64,000 nucleotides of DNA from Macrostomum lignano (taxonomy: Eukaryota). Of the stretch, positions 11,911 to 24,930 are shown piece after piece; position 1 is the stretch's first letter; each line of letters begins with the position of its first letter. The DNA lies in contig NIVC01001671.1 in NCBI GenBank assembly GCA_002269645.1, forward strand, positions 124,001-188,000, written 5' to 3'. The position numbers and the translations under genes were made by a program. The notes beneath the pieces were generated by a model. The model saw only the letters and a program-made list of their open reading frames with translations, was not told the DNA's origin and did no database searches.

Positions 11911-12479
11911 CTTTGTTTGGTATTTGGTGCAAAACTGGATTTGCATGAAAAATGAATATCATATAAATTTCATGCTTATCAAAACTATCAAAGCCTTTTA
12001 TCAATTAATAAAATAGAAATTAAAAATAATTATCCTTAATTGAACTCTTGAAAAAATGGAAGTTAAATACTACTTATTTAAGTAGTCAATTACCGATGCA
12101 AAAGTAATATACAAGCTAATAGCATGAGATCAGCAATTCCTATTGAAAATTATTGCTGAAAGGCAAAAAAAATTGTAACTTTCTAAAATAATAAATATAG
12201 TCAGACAAACCTTTAACTGCTATAAAAAAGATAAATAATTTCAGGAGGGTTCTAAATATCCTGTTAGGCCTAGTGCAATATACTCTGTAATATCTTAATC
12301 TATTGATAGAAATGAAGCAGTTCTGCAGACATATAAGCGCATAGATGCTCTGTAGAATTATTAAACAGATAGGGAAAAGCCTATTTATTATTTTTTGTAT
12401 TGTTAGAATCATTTAAAGGCCTCTATTAACTAATTAACAGAGGCACATACTATATATACTACTAAGAAGTAGAAGTTAT

Positions 12480-12780
12480 AAGTAGAAGAATAAAAAGTAG
12501 ATAATAATAATATAATATAATAATTATTAATTATTAATTATATTATATAATATATTATATAATAATATATTATATTATATTTTATTATAATATATAATAA
12601 TAATATATAATAATATATATATTATATTATATTATTAATAATTAATAATTATTATATTATTTTATTTATTATATTATATTATAATAAATATATTAATAAA
12701 AATTAATAGAAATAATAATATTAATATAATAATAATATAATATATATTATTATAATATAATATAATAAATAAAAATAATT
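12480..12780. repeat. AT-only low-complexity tract (TAA/TAT)
   Basis: Directly visible. Confidence 0.9.
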
Positions 12781-15676
12781 AGGAGTAACTAGGGCAAGGT
12801 TTCACTTTTGCATTCAATATTTAAAAAAAATTAGACATTTTAGACTTTTTGGTAGTAGGCTAGCTATGTGGTTTATCATAAAAGCTATATGCTTTTATGA
12901 TATTTCTGCAAATAAGCAGAAATATTATGAATATTTTAAGCAAATTAAAAATAACTACAATAATTGAGTTACTACAATAAGGCTCATGACATAATCATAA
13001 AAGAAAATAATGAAGTTCTTACTAAACTAAGATTTTTTATTATTATATAAATTAAATATTTGTTAAATTGAATTTATTTAAAAATCAAAATTCAATGTAT
13101 ATGGCCTAGCCAAAAAAATAATAGCTAAAAAGCTCTCTACAAAGAACAACTATTTAATTATAGTAAGCCTAACTAGACATTATTTAGTTTAGGTCCTTAT
13201 CATATTTATTTAATTAAATTAATTTTAATATTTTATAAAGATATTCTTCATTAAATTAAATTCATTTTAGATTAAAAATACAACACAACTGATAATAGTA
13301 ATTATAATTAGACTTATAATAGAATAGTGGTAATTATTCTAGATGGGAAAGTAGAAAGTACACCTAGTCCTAGACAGACCTAGACAAGCTTTATTGTTTA
13401 GCATTAAATACATACGTTTAATGGCCTTTTTAAAGTCCATTTACATAATTTGACTTTCTTTACTCGTATTGCTCTTCTAAGGGGCCTAGTTTTGGATTTA
13501 CAGAAAGCTACATCAGAATCAGTCTCAGACAAAGATTCTCAGAACAGAAATGAACGTCTGAAGCAGAAAGTACAATCCCACGAATATGAACGTACGTAAA
13601 TACCAGTAAACGCAAATCACTAAAACTAAAATAAGTTTTTTGAATTTTTGCTGTCAAGAAATAATAGGCCTAACTTAATTGAAACTGATACTAACCTTTT
13701 TCTAAGATAGGCCAAAAGCCTAACTAATTCAACCCCTAGCTCCTGCGACGGTGCGCGAGTTTCGCAGAAAATTATTTTTAAAATACGTACATGCGATAAA
13801 TCATTTTTCTAAGTGCAAAAAAATTCGGAATTTTAACTATCCACTTTCCTCAATTTATAAAATATAAAAGATTTTTTAATTGTCCTCTTCGCAAATTTCA
13901 CCATTTATTATGTCGGATATTTGTTTTACCAGGGCATCAGTCACTACAAGTACAGCTTTTGACAATTTAGAAACAATTGTACATTGCGGCGACAGCAGTT
14001 GCCACGTCGGCTGCGAAAGATGGAAACTTCGGCAAAAAGCCGCCAATATAAATTTAATGTTATTAAAATTTCAGCACAGTGTATATGTGAACTAAATGCG
14101 AGAAGCGAGTAGGAAAAGTCAAAGGCTTGAAAAGCCAGTGCGCACTTACATGTATATTATAGTTAAACTAACTAGCATGATTCAGCAAACACCAAACCCC
14201 TATCCGGCCAATGCCGGTCTGGGCAGACAGACAAACTCCCAGCCAGTCAGAACGCAAATCTCTAGTAGGCGACATGCCAAGCAAGCGGCCGCGCATACAC
14301 AACAGCTACATGTAGTGCGCGATCCCTGTTCTATGATCGCTACTTGATAAATTTTAATTATAAGTTTCAACGGCGAATAATCCTGATGCACATCTGTAGT
14401 AAAAAGGTATTCTGCACATTGTAACTTTGATATACGAAATTAATTGTGAATAATATTTTCCATTCGAAACACCGAATTTCTGGGTTACGCAAGTGCATCG
14501 AGACGATCTTAGGGTTGTGCTCTCATCTCTCACCCTTAACTTCTCTTTGCGCCTGCCACACACGAGTTATGAATTGCGAGTATATCTGACCTCATGAGTG
14601 ACGATATTCATGCAGCCTACTGCAAGCCTCTAATCTTTCAGAGTCCTTTGAAACTCAAGGTTTGGTGTCTCCTCCTCTTCTAAGCTTCTTCTCTCCTATC
14701 ATATCATCTTTCGTCTCATCTCGTCTCTCACAAATAACAGCACTGGGGCGCCAGCACCAAGGGGCGCCAGCACACAAAAAGGTAAAGTAGAGCGTACTAT
14801 ACTGTGGTATTATAAGAATTACAACTCTATATCAAATCTTGAAAATCAAATTATAGTCAACAATGACATCTGTCAATATTCGCAGCGAAAATGCTCACAG
14901 AATCAGGCAATTTTATATTTGCAGTAGTAACTGGCTTGACAACTGCATGACAGATTTATTTCTTTCATGAACCCGTGTTCGCGGTAAGACATGTGTTTTT
15001 GCTACTTAATTTCCTATTATCTACTCCGCCTGCAGATAACGTCCTGCTATTGACGGTTACACGTATGTATAAAATCAAATCAAATTACAACCAGCTTTAT
15101 TCAGTAAATTACCATTTGACAAAAACTATAGTTAGTACTGAAGTAAATATTACTAAAAATGCTGAACATGAAAGCAATAATTGTTGTTTTGTCAATGGCA
15201 GTACTCGCCTCCGGAACTAGTCATCATCGTCAGCGAAGTAAGTTAATCCTTTTGTCTAGCTGTGCACCCTAAGATATTGTGTAGCTACGAGCTACGCTAC
15301 CATAGACATTTTTGCCTAACCTACATTGGAGAGTGAGGCCCCCAGGTGTGAGGGCAGGTGCGAAGCCGAAGATGCTGTAGTGAAGCGCAAATAGCCGCAT
15401 CTTCTAAGACCTGAGAGAATCAGCACTTTACTACTTTAATTTCAAACTATTCTCATCATAGTCTACTATCAGCAGTAGAAATGCTAAAACCATTTATTTA
15501 TCAATCTATCAAATCACACAGTTTAGGTACAAACCGACAAAACAGTTAGTACAGGCTGTTTTATTTTTCTAAAATTGGCCTCCTTTGGGAGCGCCAGCAC
15601 CAGGGGCGCCAGCACCAGGGGCGCCAGCACCAGGGGCGCCAGCACCATATTAAAAAAACTTCCCCATCAACTGCAG

Positions 15677-16120
15677 GGTGCCCCGAAGACGCCGAGGATT
15701 GGCACTACTTCAACGGCTGGTGCTACTCCCTGTCCGAGGCTGCCGAAGGCTGGTTCGGCTCTGAGAAGGCCTGTCAGAAATTCGGCGGCCACCTGGCCAG
15801 CATCGCCAGCCGAGAGGAGAACAGTTTCGTCCAGGCTCTCGGATAGTGCCAGCAGAGTGCCTGGATCGGGCTGGTCAAGACTGACGTGTCTGATAGAAAA
15901 TTCTCCTGGTGGGATGATGCGGCATTCAACTACACAGAGAGATTCTCCATCAATATCAACGCCTATTACGACTGTGTTTATCAGTCTGGTAGCAACTATG
16001 GCAGGTGGTACAACACCTATTGCCAGAATCAGTACCGCAGTGTATGCATGGTGCCAGCTAGGGAAGAGTCCAAGATGCAGCATACAAATGTTGACAATGG
16101 TCTTGTGGTTGATGAGTCTG
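15677..16120 (+). CDS. Double C-type lectin gene copy 1, CTLD1 exon, with an in-frame TAG at 15844-15846
   Basis: CAG|GG TGC: CPEDAEDWHYFNGWCYSLS...SEKACQKFGGHLASIASREENSFVQALG*CQQSAWIGL...DCVY...RWYNTYCQNQYRSVC; donor G|GTACG, phase 1. Confidence 0.8.
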
Positions 16121-16554
16121 GTACGATACAAAAATTTAAAATTATAAATTCTGCATTAAAATCAATTTATATATATTTTACGCAATCGAATATTTTTGTA
16201 GTGGATTTATATTTATTATTAATTCCACTACTAATTTTATTCATTCCACTACCAAATTAATATTTTTGTAGTGGAATTAGTAGCTTAGCAGTAGACATAG
16301 AAAGTTGGTTCTAGAGTTGATCGGCTTTAATGGTAGACATAGTGGGGTTTTAGGGTAGATAGTCGGTTTCTAAGGTAGGATGGTAGGTTTTGAGGTAGAT
16401 TTTTGCAAGTTTCCAAGGTAGGTATTTGAGCTTTAAGGTAAGATAGTTAAATATAGGTGAGATACTAAGGTTCTAGGTTATACACAGGGGCTCTAGGTTA
16501 GACACAGGGACTACTCAACACATGTTTGAGTAGTCCCTGGTTAGACAGTAGGAT

Positions 16555-16740
16555 TCTAGGTTAGATAGTGGGGTTCTAGGGTAGATAGTGGGGCTCTAGG
16601 GTAGATAGCGGGGTTCTAGGGTAGATAATGGGGTTCTAGGGTAGATAGTGGGGTTCTAGGGTAGATAATGGGGTTCTAGGGTAGATAGTGAGGTTCTAGG
16701 GTAGATAGGGAGGTTCTAGGGTAGATCGTGGTTTATAGGG
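16555..16740. repeat. 20-nt minisatellite GGGTTCTAGGGTAGATAGTG
   Basis: Directly visible tandem array. Confidence 0.85.
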
Positions 16741-16848
16741 TTCATAGTAGTTTTCTTTAGCTATGCAAAATCTTGCATGGTATTATTATGGCATTGTGCA
16801 TATTATTTGCCCTAACAAACGCATTTCTATACTTATCGAATATTTTAG

Positions 16849-16880
16849 TTACTAAGGACGGGCTGACCAACAGGACAATG
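16849..16880 (+). CDS. Lectin copy 1 linker micro-exon (predicted)
   Basis: TTTTAG|TT ACT AAG GAC GGG CTG ACC AAC AGG ACA ATG|GTTTGT converts phase 1 to the phase 0 needed by the next exon. Confidence 0.5.
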
Positions 16881-16989
16881 GTTTGTTAAATCATCGGAGA
16901 TGTCTAATATTAGCTACCAATACTGAAAATTTACACAACAGTTTAGCTTATATTTCTGCTGTTATATAAATGCTTTTATATCATTCCAG

Positions 16990-17206
16990 TGCCCTGAAGG
17001 TTGGTTGGCCATCGAGGGCAGCTGTTTCTACGTGTCATCCAAGCGGACGAACTACTTCAATGCGCAGATCAGCTGCGAGTCCATGGGAGCCACCGTGGCC
17101 TCTGTCAGTAGCCGTCGGGAACAGGTGCTGCTCACCATGGCTCTGGGCTGCGATTCCAGAATTTGGATTGGCCTGGAGAAGGTTAAGCCTTGTCTGTCGG
17201 ACTCCA
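16990..17206 (+). CDS. Lectin copy 1, first half of CTLD2
   Basis: CAG|CPEGWLAIEGSCFYVSSKRTNYFNAQISCESMGATVASV...IWIGLEKVKPCLSDS A|GTGAGT. Confidence 0.8.
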
Positions 17207-17217
17207 GTGAGTTTGAG

Positions 17218-20070
17218 TGGAAGACACTGGGTTTCCTGGACAACACAGGATTTCTTAGAAAACATCGGGTTTCTTAGAAAACACAGGGTTTCTTGGAAAT
17301 CGCTGAGGCTTCCTTGAAGACACAAAGGTTTTTTAGACAACACCGGGTTTCCTGGAAAACACTGAGTTTCTTGGAAAACACTGAGGTTTCCCGGAAGACA
17401 CTGAGGTTTCCTGGAAGACACTGAGCTGGAAGACACTGAGGTTTCCTGGAAGACACTGAGCTGGAAGACACTGAGGTTTCCTGGAAGACACTGAGGTTTC
17501 CTGGAAGACACTGAGCTGGAAGACACTGAGGTTTCCTGGAAGACACTGAGGTTTCCTGGAAGACACTGGGGTTTTCTGGAAGACACTGAGGTTTCCTGGA
17601 AGACACTGAAGTTTTCTGGAAGACACTGAGGTTTCCTGGAAGATACTGAGGTTTCCCGGAAGACACTGAGGTTTCCTGGAAGACACTGGGGTTTTCTGGA
17701 AGACACTGGGGTTTCCTGGAAGACACTGAGGTTTCCTGGAAGACACTGGGGTTTTCTGGAAGACACTGGGGTTTTCTGGAAGACACTGAGGTTTCCTGGA
17801 AGACACTGAGGTTTCCTGGAAGACACTGAGGTTTTCTGGAAGACACTGAGGTTTCCCGGAAGACGCTGAGGTTTTCTGGAAGACACTGAGGTTTCCTGGA
17901 AGACACTGAAGTTTTCTGGAAGACACTGAGGTTTCCTGGAAGACACTGAGGTTTCCTGGAAGACACTGGGGTTTTCTGGAAGACACTGAGGTTTCCTGGA
18001 AGACACTGAAGTTTTCTGGAAGACACTGAGGTTTCCTGGAAGATACTGAGGTTTCCCGGAAGACACTGAGGTTTCCTGGAAGATACTGAGGTTTCCCGGA
18101 AGACACTGAGGTTTCCTGGAAGACACTGGGGTTTTCTGGAAGACACTGGGGTTTCCTGGAAGACACTGAGGTTTCCTGGAAGACACTGGGGTTTTCTGGA
18201 AGACACTGGGGTTTTCTGGAAGACACTGAGGTTTCCTGGAAGACACTGAGGTTTCCTGGAAGACACTGAGGTTTTCTGGAAGACACTGAGGTTTCCCGGA
18301 AGACGCTGAGGTTTTCTGGAAGACACTGAGGTTTCCTGGAAGACACTGAAGTTTTCTGGAAGACACTGAGGTTTCCTGGAAGACACTGAGGTTTCCTGGA
18401 AGACACTGGGGTTTTCTGGAAGACACTGAGGTTTCCTGGAAGACACTGAAGTTTTCTGGAAGACACTGAGGTTTCCTGGAAGATACTGAGGTTTCCCGGA
18501 AGACACTGAGGTTTCCTGGAAGACACTGAGCTGGAAGACACTGAGCTGGAAGACACTGAGGTTTCCTGGAAGACACTGAGGTTTCCTGGAAGACACTGAG
18601 CTGGAAGACACTGAGCTGGAAGACACTGAGCTGGAAGACACTGAGGTTTCCTGGAAGACACTGAGCTGGAAGACACTGAGCTGGAAGACACTGAGGTTTC
18701 CTGGAAGACACTGAGGTTTCCTGGAAGACACTGAAGTTTTCTGGAAGACACTGAGGTTTCCTGGAAGACACTGAGGTTTCCTGGAAGACACTGGGGTTTT
18801 CTGGAAGACACTGAGGTTTCCTGGAAGACACTGAGCTGGAAGACACTGAGGTTTCCTGGAAGACACTGAGGTTTCCTGGAAGACACTGAGGTTTCCTGGA
18901 AGACACTGAGGTTTCCTGGAAGACACTGAGGTTTCCTGGAAGACACTGAGGTTTCCTGGAAGACACTGAGGTTTCCTGGAAGACACTGGGGTTTTCTGGA
19001 AGACACTGAGGTTTCCTGGAAGACACTGAAGTTTTCTGGAAGACACTGAGGTTTCCTGGAAGATACTGAGGTTTCCCGGAAGACACTGAGGTTTCCTGGA
19101 AGACACTGGGGTTTTCTGGAAGACACTGAAGTTTTCTGGAAGACACTGAGGTTTCCTGGAAGATACTGAGGTTTCCCGGAAGACACTGAGGTTTCCTGGA
19201 AGACACTGAGCTGGAAGACACTGAGGTTTCCTGGAAGACACTGAGCTGGAAGACACTGAGGTTTCCTGGAAGACACTGAGCTGGAAGACACTGAGGTTTC
19301 CTGGAAGACACTGAACTGGAAGACACTGAGGTTTCCTGGAAGACACTGAGCTGGAAGACACTGAGGTTTTCTGGAAGACACTGAGGTTTTCTGGAAGACA
19401 CTGAGGTTTCCTGGAAGACACTGAAGTTTTCTGGAAGACACTGGGGTTTCCTGGAAGACACTGAGGTTTCCTGGAAGACACTGAGGTTTCCTGGAAGACA
19501 CTGAACTGGAAGACACTGAGGTTTCCTGGAAGACACTGAGCTGGAAGACACTGAGGTTTTCTGGAAGACACTGAGGTTTCCTGGAAGACACTGAAGTTTT
19601 CTGGAAGACACTGAGGTTTCCTGGAAGACACTGAGGTTTCCTGGAAGACACTGGGGTTTTCTGGAAGACACTGAGGTTTCCTGGAAGACACTGAAGTTTT
19701 CTGGAAGACACTGAGGTTTCCTGGAAGATACTGAGGTTTCCCGGAAGACACTGAGGTTTCCTGGAAGACACTGGGGTTTTCTGGAAGACACTGGGGTTTC
19801 CTGGAAGACACTGAGGTTTCCTGGAAGACACTGAGGTTTTCTGGAAGACACTGAAGTTTTCTGAAAGACACTGAGGTTTCCTGGAAGACACTGAGGTTTC
19901 CTGGAAGACACTGAGGTTTCCTGGAAGACACTGAGGTTTCCTGGAAGACACTGAGGTTTCCTGGAAGACACTGAGGTTTTCTGGAAGACACTGAGGTTTC
20001 ATAGAAGACACTGGGGTTTTCTGGAAGGCACTGAAGTTTCCTGGAAGACACTGAGGTGTTATTGGGTTTC
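17218..20070. repeat. ~2.85-kb intronic satellite of 20-nt (GGAAGACACTGAGGTTTCCT) and 14-nt (GGAAGACACTGAGCT-type) units
   Basis: Directly visible; it lies between the two CTLD2 half-exons and has diverged edges around a homogeneous core. Confidence 0.97.
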
Positions 20071-20158
20071 ACTGAGGTGTCAGATAAGACAACAGGTATG
20101 CGTGAATGAATCAAGCATTGCAAATATTCACCGCGAAAGAACAAATGTTGCAATCCAG

Positions 20159-20325
20159 GCAAAAGCTACTGCTACATGTGGATGGACGGCTCTGAGATCG
20201 GCTACGCAGATTGGGCCAGTGGGCATCCATCAAGCTCCAATGAGATTGAGTGCACCTACACTCTGGGCAGATGGTACACCACAAACTGTTATAATGAGTA
20301 CAACTTTGTCTGCAAGAAGAAGTGA
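20159..20325 (+). CDS. Lectin copy 1, second half of CTLD2 (to stop)
   Basis: CAG|GC AAA: KSYCYMWMDGSEIGYADWASGHPSSSNEIECTYTLGRWYTTNCYNEYNFVCKKK*; the W.DGS, W...P, C..W..C..FVC pattern is present and the phase matches the previous donor. Confidence 0.85.
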
Positions 20326-20751
20326 GCTGCAGTGGGTATACAAAAACTCGATAAGATTTGAACAGATTGAATTCTCGACTGGGTGGTGATGGCATTCTGA
20401 AATCTTCAAGATGACTTCTTCCGTTGAAATATACTCTGTGCCGTTATGAGCACCAGCATTAAAAACGGTTTCGGGAAGTTTAGCGTTTTTATTTTTTTGT
20501 CTGAGCTTCAGATCAGCAAATGCGACAATTCAATGGTCAAAAACTTAATACTGAATTCCGTCTCAAAACTGAAATAATATCTCTGTTTTCGGCAGCTTCT
20601 TCGACAAACAGATCATGAGTGAACACAACAACATTGCTGCAACTAAAAAGGGAGTATCGTTGTTGAACATATTGTGGTTCGATTCTTGCAAATCGCAATA
20701 TCGATTACATATTTTAAACAAGAGTCGGCAAACTCCGGCCCGCGGGTCACA

Positions 20752-22260
20752 TCTCCTCTCCTCTTTCTCTCCTCTCCTCTCTTCTCTCCTCTCCTCTCTT
20801 CTCTCCTCTCCTCTCTTCTCTCCTCTCCTCTCTTCTCTCCTCTCCTCTCTTCTCTCCTCTCCTTTCTTCTCTCCTCTCCTCTCTTCTCTCCTCTTCTCGC
20901 TTCTCTCCTCTCCTCTCTCCTCTCCTCTCCTCTCCTCTCTTCTCTCCTCTCCTCTCTCCTCTCCTCTCTTCTCTCCTCTCCTTCTTCTCTCCTCTCCTCT
21001 CTTCTCTCCTCTCCTCTCTTCTCTCCTCTCCTCTCTTCTCTCCTCTCCTCTCTTCTCTCCTCTCCTCGCTTCTCTCCTCTCCTTTCTTCTCTCCTCTCCT
21101 CTCTTCTCTCCTCTCCTCGCTTCTCTCCTCTCCTCGCTTCTCTCCTCTCCTCTCTTCTCTCCTCTCCTCTCCTCTCTTCTCTCCTCTCCTCTCTTCTCTC
21201 CTCTCCTCTCTTCTCTCCTCTCCTCTCTTCTCTCCTCTCCTCTCTTCTCTCCTCTCCTCTCTCCTCTCCTCTCCTCTCCTCTCTTCTCTCCTCTCTTCTC
21301 TCCTCTCCTCTCTTCTCTCCTCTCCTCTCTTCTCTCCTCTCCTCTCTTCTCTCCTCTCCTTTCTTCTCTCCTCTCCTCTCTTCTCTCCTCTTCTCGCTTC
21401 TCTCCTCTCCTCTCTCCTCTCTCTCTCCTCTCTCTCTCTCTCTCTCCTCTCCTCTCTCCTCTCCTCTCTTCTCTCCTCTCCTCTCCTCTCTTCTCTCCTC
21501 TCTTCTCTCCTCTCCTCTCTTCTCTCCTATCTTCTCTCTTCTCCTCTACACTCTCCTACGAGCCTACGTAGTCTCCTCACTCTTCTCTTCTCCTCTCTTC
21601 TCTCCTCTCCTCTCTTCTCTCCTCTCCTCTCTTCTCTCCTCTCCTTCTTCTCTCCTCTCCTCTCTTCTCTCCTCTTCTCGCTTCTCTCCTCTCCTCTCTC
21701 CTCTCCTCTCCTCTCCTCTCTTCTCTCCTCTCCTCTCCTCTCTCTCTCTTCTCTCCTCTCCTCTCTTCTCTCCTCTCCTCTCTTCTCTCCTCTCCTCTCT
21801 TCTCTCCTCTCCTCTCTTCTCTCCTCTCTCTCTCTCCTCTCTCTCCTCTCCTCTCTTCTCTCCTCTCTTCTCTCCTCTCCTCTCTTCTCTCCTCTCCTCT
21901 CTTCTCTCCTCTCCTCTCTTCTCTCCTCTCCTTTCTTCTCTCCTCTCCTCTCTTCTCTCCTCTTCTCGCTTCTCTCCTCTCCTCTCTCCTCTCCTCTCCT
22001 CTCCTCTCTTCTCTCCTCTCCTCTCTCCTCTCCTCTCTTCTCTCCTCTCCTCTCCTCTCTTCTCTCCTCTCTTCTCTCCTCTCCTCTCTTCTCTCCTATC
22101 TTCTCTCTTCTCCTCTACACTCTCCTACGAGCCTACGTAGTCTCCTCACTCTTCTCTTCTCCTCTCTTCTCTCCTCTAATCTCCCTTTTCCTCTCCCTTC
22201 CCTCCTATCTCCTCTCCTATTTGCTCTCTCCTTCCCTATTTGTCTCATCTTTTCTCCTTT
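20752..22260. repeat. (CTCTC/CTCTT)n pyrimidine microsatellite with an internal ~570-bp duplication
   Basis: The unique marker CTACGAGCCTACGTAGTCTCCTCAC occurs at about 21556 and 22125. Confidence 0.95.
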
Positions 22261-22478
22261 CTCCTATTTCTCTTCTCTATTCCCTATCCTAACCCCCCTC
22301 CCCTGGCCCGCAGTCATGCTCTAGGTTCTCAATCTGGCCCTTGAGACAAAAAGTTGTCCGGCCCTTGTTTTTAACTATTGCTATACCCTCTCAGCCAAGA
22401 CACCCACCTTTGAACTTATACTCATAGCTCGCAGTGACCTTATGACCTTTCTTGGAAACCATTTTTATAGTTTTTGAA

Positions 22479-24417
22479 ATGCTCGAAAATCTTCCACGCA
22501 CGGTAGTGCTGATTTCCGTCTTGCTCTGCTGTGCTTCTGGGTCGCATGATTGTAAAGTATTTTGTTTAAATTTGACTTTGATTTCAAAGTAGTTTATTTA
22601 CGCGTCAGTTTAAATTTAAATATTTTAGCATGCGGGGCCTGATAATGGCGAAGCTGAGTGGCACTACTTCAACGACTGGTGCTACTTGTTGTCTACAGAA
22701 CTTTGAAGGCTGGTTTGGCTCGGAGAAGGCCTGTCAGCGGCTTGGTGGCCACCTGCAGGCGCTGGGCCGCTGCTTGTACAGCATGTGGATTGGAATGGCT
22801 AAAACTGAAATATTGAGTAAAACCTTCACTTGGTGGAGCGATATGCCTACAAACCACACGGAGCCGTTAATTGTGAATAGCGAAAGACATAATGACTGCG
22901 CGTATCATGAAGCCAGTTTTAGCTCACCAAAATGGTTAAGTCACTATTGTGACTTTCGATTGCGAAGTGTATGCATGGTTCGGCCATCTACTTTGCAGAA
23001 AAATACTGCAGGTAATAGTCTCTGAAATAAATATACATACGAAACTAATTCGATAGGATTTTATTATCAATAGAAATTGCAGAACGTTTAGATAAATAGG
23101 GCGATTGCAAAGTCATAATCAAGAAATAAGAAACGAATTTGCTATGTACTCGTACATCGTAATTTTTCTGCTTGAGTTTCCGGGTTAACTTTCATGCAGT
23201 TTTGTATTGCCAGTCATGAAATGATAGATTAATTATAGATCCTTGAGACAAACTTGCGCCAAAATTCTACACTTGTATATAAAATGCGTCTTAAAACTAA
23301 TTCAGTCAATTTCATTTTAGATAAGAAGAGCGTCTCAAAATTGCCGTCTAAAGAGTGTAGTTTGCCATTAGCCTCACTAACTCACTAACTCTTTTTTTAA
23401 TTCTACTATAAAATGTAGGCTTTATAACCTCTGCGGTGTCTTAAAGGCTGGCTAGACATTGATAATGACTGTTTCTTCATCTCGTCGAACCGGACCAACT
23501 ACTTCAACGCCCAGATCAGCTGCGAATCCATGGGAGCTACCGTGGCCAGCGTGAGGAGCCATCGGGAGCACACTGAGCTCACATTTGGCTCTTGGCTGCA
23601 GTACAAATGCTTGGATTGGTCTGGAGAAGGTTAGACCCTGTATTACTGACCCTGCTAAGTAGTTTGGATGCTTGGATGAAACGCTTCCTGAATTCCGCTC
23701 TGTCGAATGCAATACAGCTCAAGGTAAACAACACGTACAAATCAAGTCTTAGGTTAGATCAGTTTGTGAAGACGTCAACGTCACAGGGCACACCTCAGAG
23801 CCTGAGCAGCAGCGCCTCCTCTTTCTAAAATCGTTAGAGAATAAGTAGGTAGCCATGGAGGCAAAAGTTGTAACATGTACGTTGAGCGGGTTGCTTTCAC
23901 AACCGCGAAACTTCACAACCGCTAAAAATTTGCAGTCACTTTCATAAGCGCTAAATTTCACAAACGTGAAACTTCACAACCGCTAAATGTCATCTACTTT
24001 CACAACCGCGAAACTTCACAACCGCTAAAAAGACTGCCGTATATGAAAGTAAGTGCAAAAGTTTTAGCGGTTGTGAAGTTTCGCGATTGTTAAAGTAGAT
24101 GACATTTAGCGTTTGTGAAGTTTCACGATTGTGAAGTTTCGCGCTTATGAAAGCCAGTGCTTTTAGCGGTTATGAAATTTCGCATTCGTGAAACCCACCC
24201 GTTGGACCTGGCTGTATTTAACAAATTGTAAAATGCAGGCAAAAGCCACTGTTGGATGTGGATGGACGGCTATCAGAAGGGCTCATACACGGCATGGTTT
24301 GGTGGCCACCCGTTCTCCAATGACAGCATCGAGTGCGCCTACACACGAGGACATTGGATATCTTCTAACTGTCACGATGAGCATGTCAATATCTGCTCTA
24401 TAAGGAATAAGCACTGA
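22479..24417 (+). pseudogene. Double C-type lectin gene copy 2 (signal-peptide exon 22479-22551, CTLD1 22629-~23010, CTLD2a ~23440-23660, CTLD2b 24239-24417), with frameshifts and a deletion
   Basis: Signal peptide MLENLPRTVVLISVLLCCASGSHD|GT. Paralogous to copy 1 exon by exon (EWHYFNDWCY, EGWFGSEKAC, TNYFNAQISCESMGATVASV, KSHCWMWMDG). It has three +1 shifts and a 12-codon deletion between HL and QALG. Confidence 0.8.
23887..24201. mobile_element. Foldback element made of inverted tandem subrepeats (CACAACCGCGAAACTT / AAGTTTCGCGATTGTG)
   Basis: The left and right ~140-bp arms are reverse complements; termini CGGGTTGCTTTCAC / GTGAAACCCACCCG. Confidence 0.75.
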
Positions 24418-24930
24418 CAGTTACATGTAAAAGGACAGGTCTAAATACACTGTAAATGAGTCGTTTGGCCCTCCAACAAGCTATAAAATGACTTCCAAAG
24501 ACATTATTTTTATTCTTGGGATGTATAAAAAAATAAAATATAGTGATGCAGTGTCATATACATGTAATATCGAAGTCGCTGAACAGCGACGTTAACGTTG
24601 GAATTTTGTACCGGAACTTACTAAAGTATAGACTTGTGACAGTTTTGGATAAGCAGAGCGCTGAAAACACTTAGAGGACAGGGTGTTTAATAGCGCATGA
24701 TGGGTGCTAAACATTTCCTGCACTGTACACTTTGGATGCGTACATTGAGCCTACAAACAGAGGAGAGAGAATTAAGTCAGATCAGAAAGTACACTACGGG
24801 AAGGCTTTTGACGTCCAACAATCTCTGACTTTACTATAACCTGCAGAGCAAATCCAACTAGGAACTGAAATGCAATGCGAATTCTGCTTTTCTTCAACGC
24901 ATCGAAGAATACGAATTTATAGATCAGAAA

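Noticed and set aside
17035-20162. Three ~900-980 aa minus-strand ORFs
   Set aside because: They are translations of a stop-free 20-nt satellite lying in an intron of a plus-strand lectin gene.
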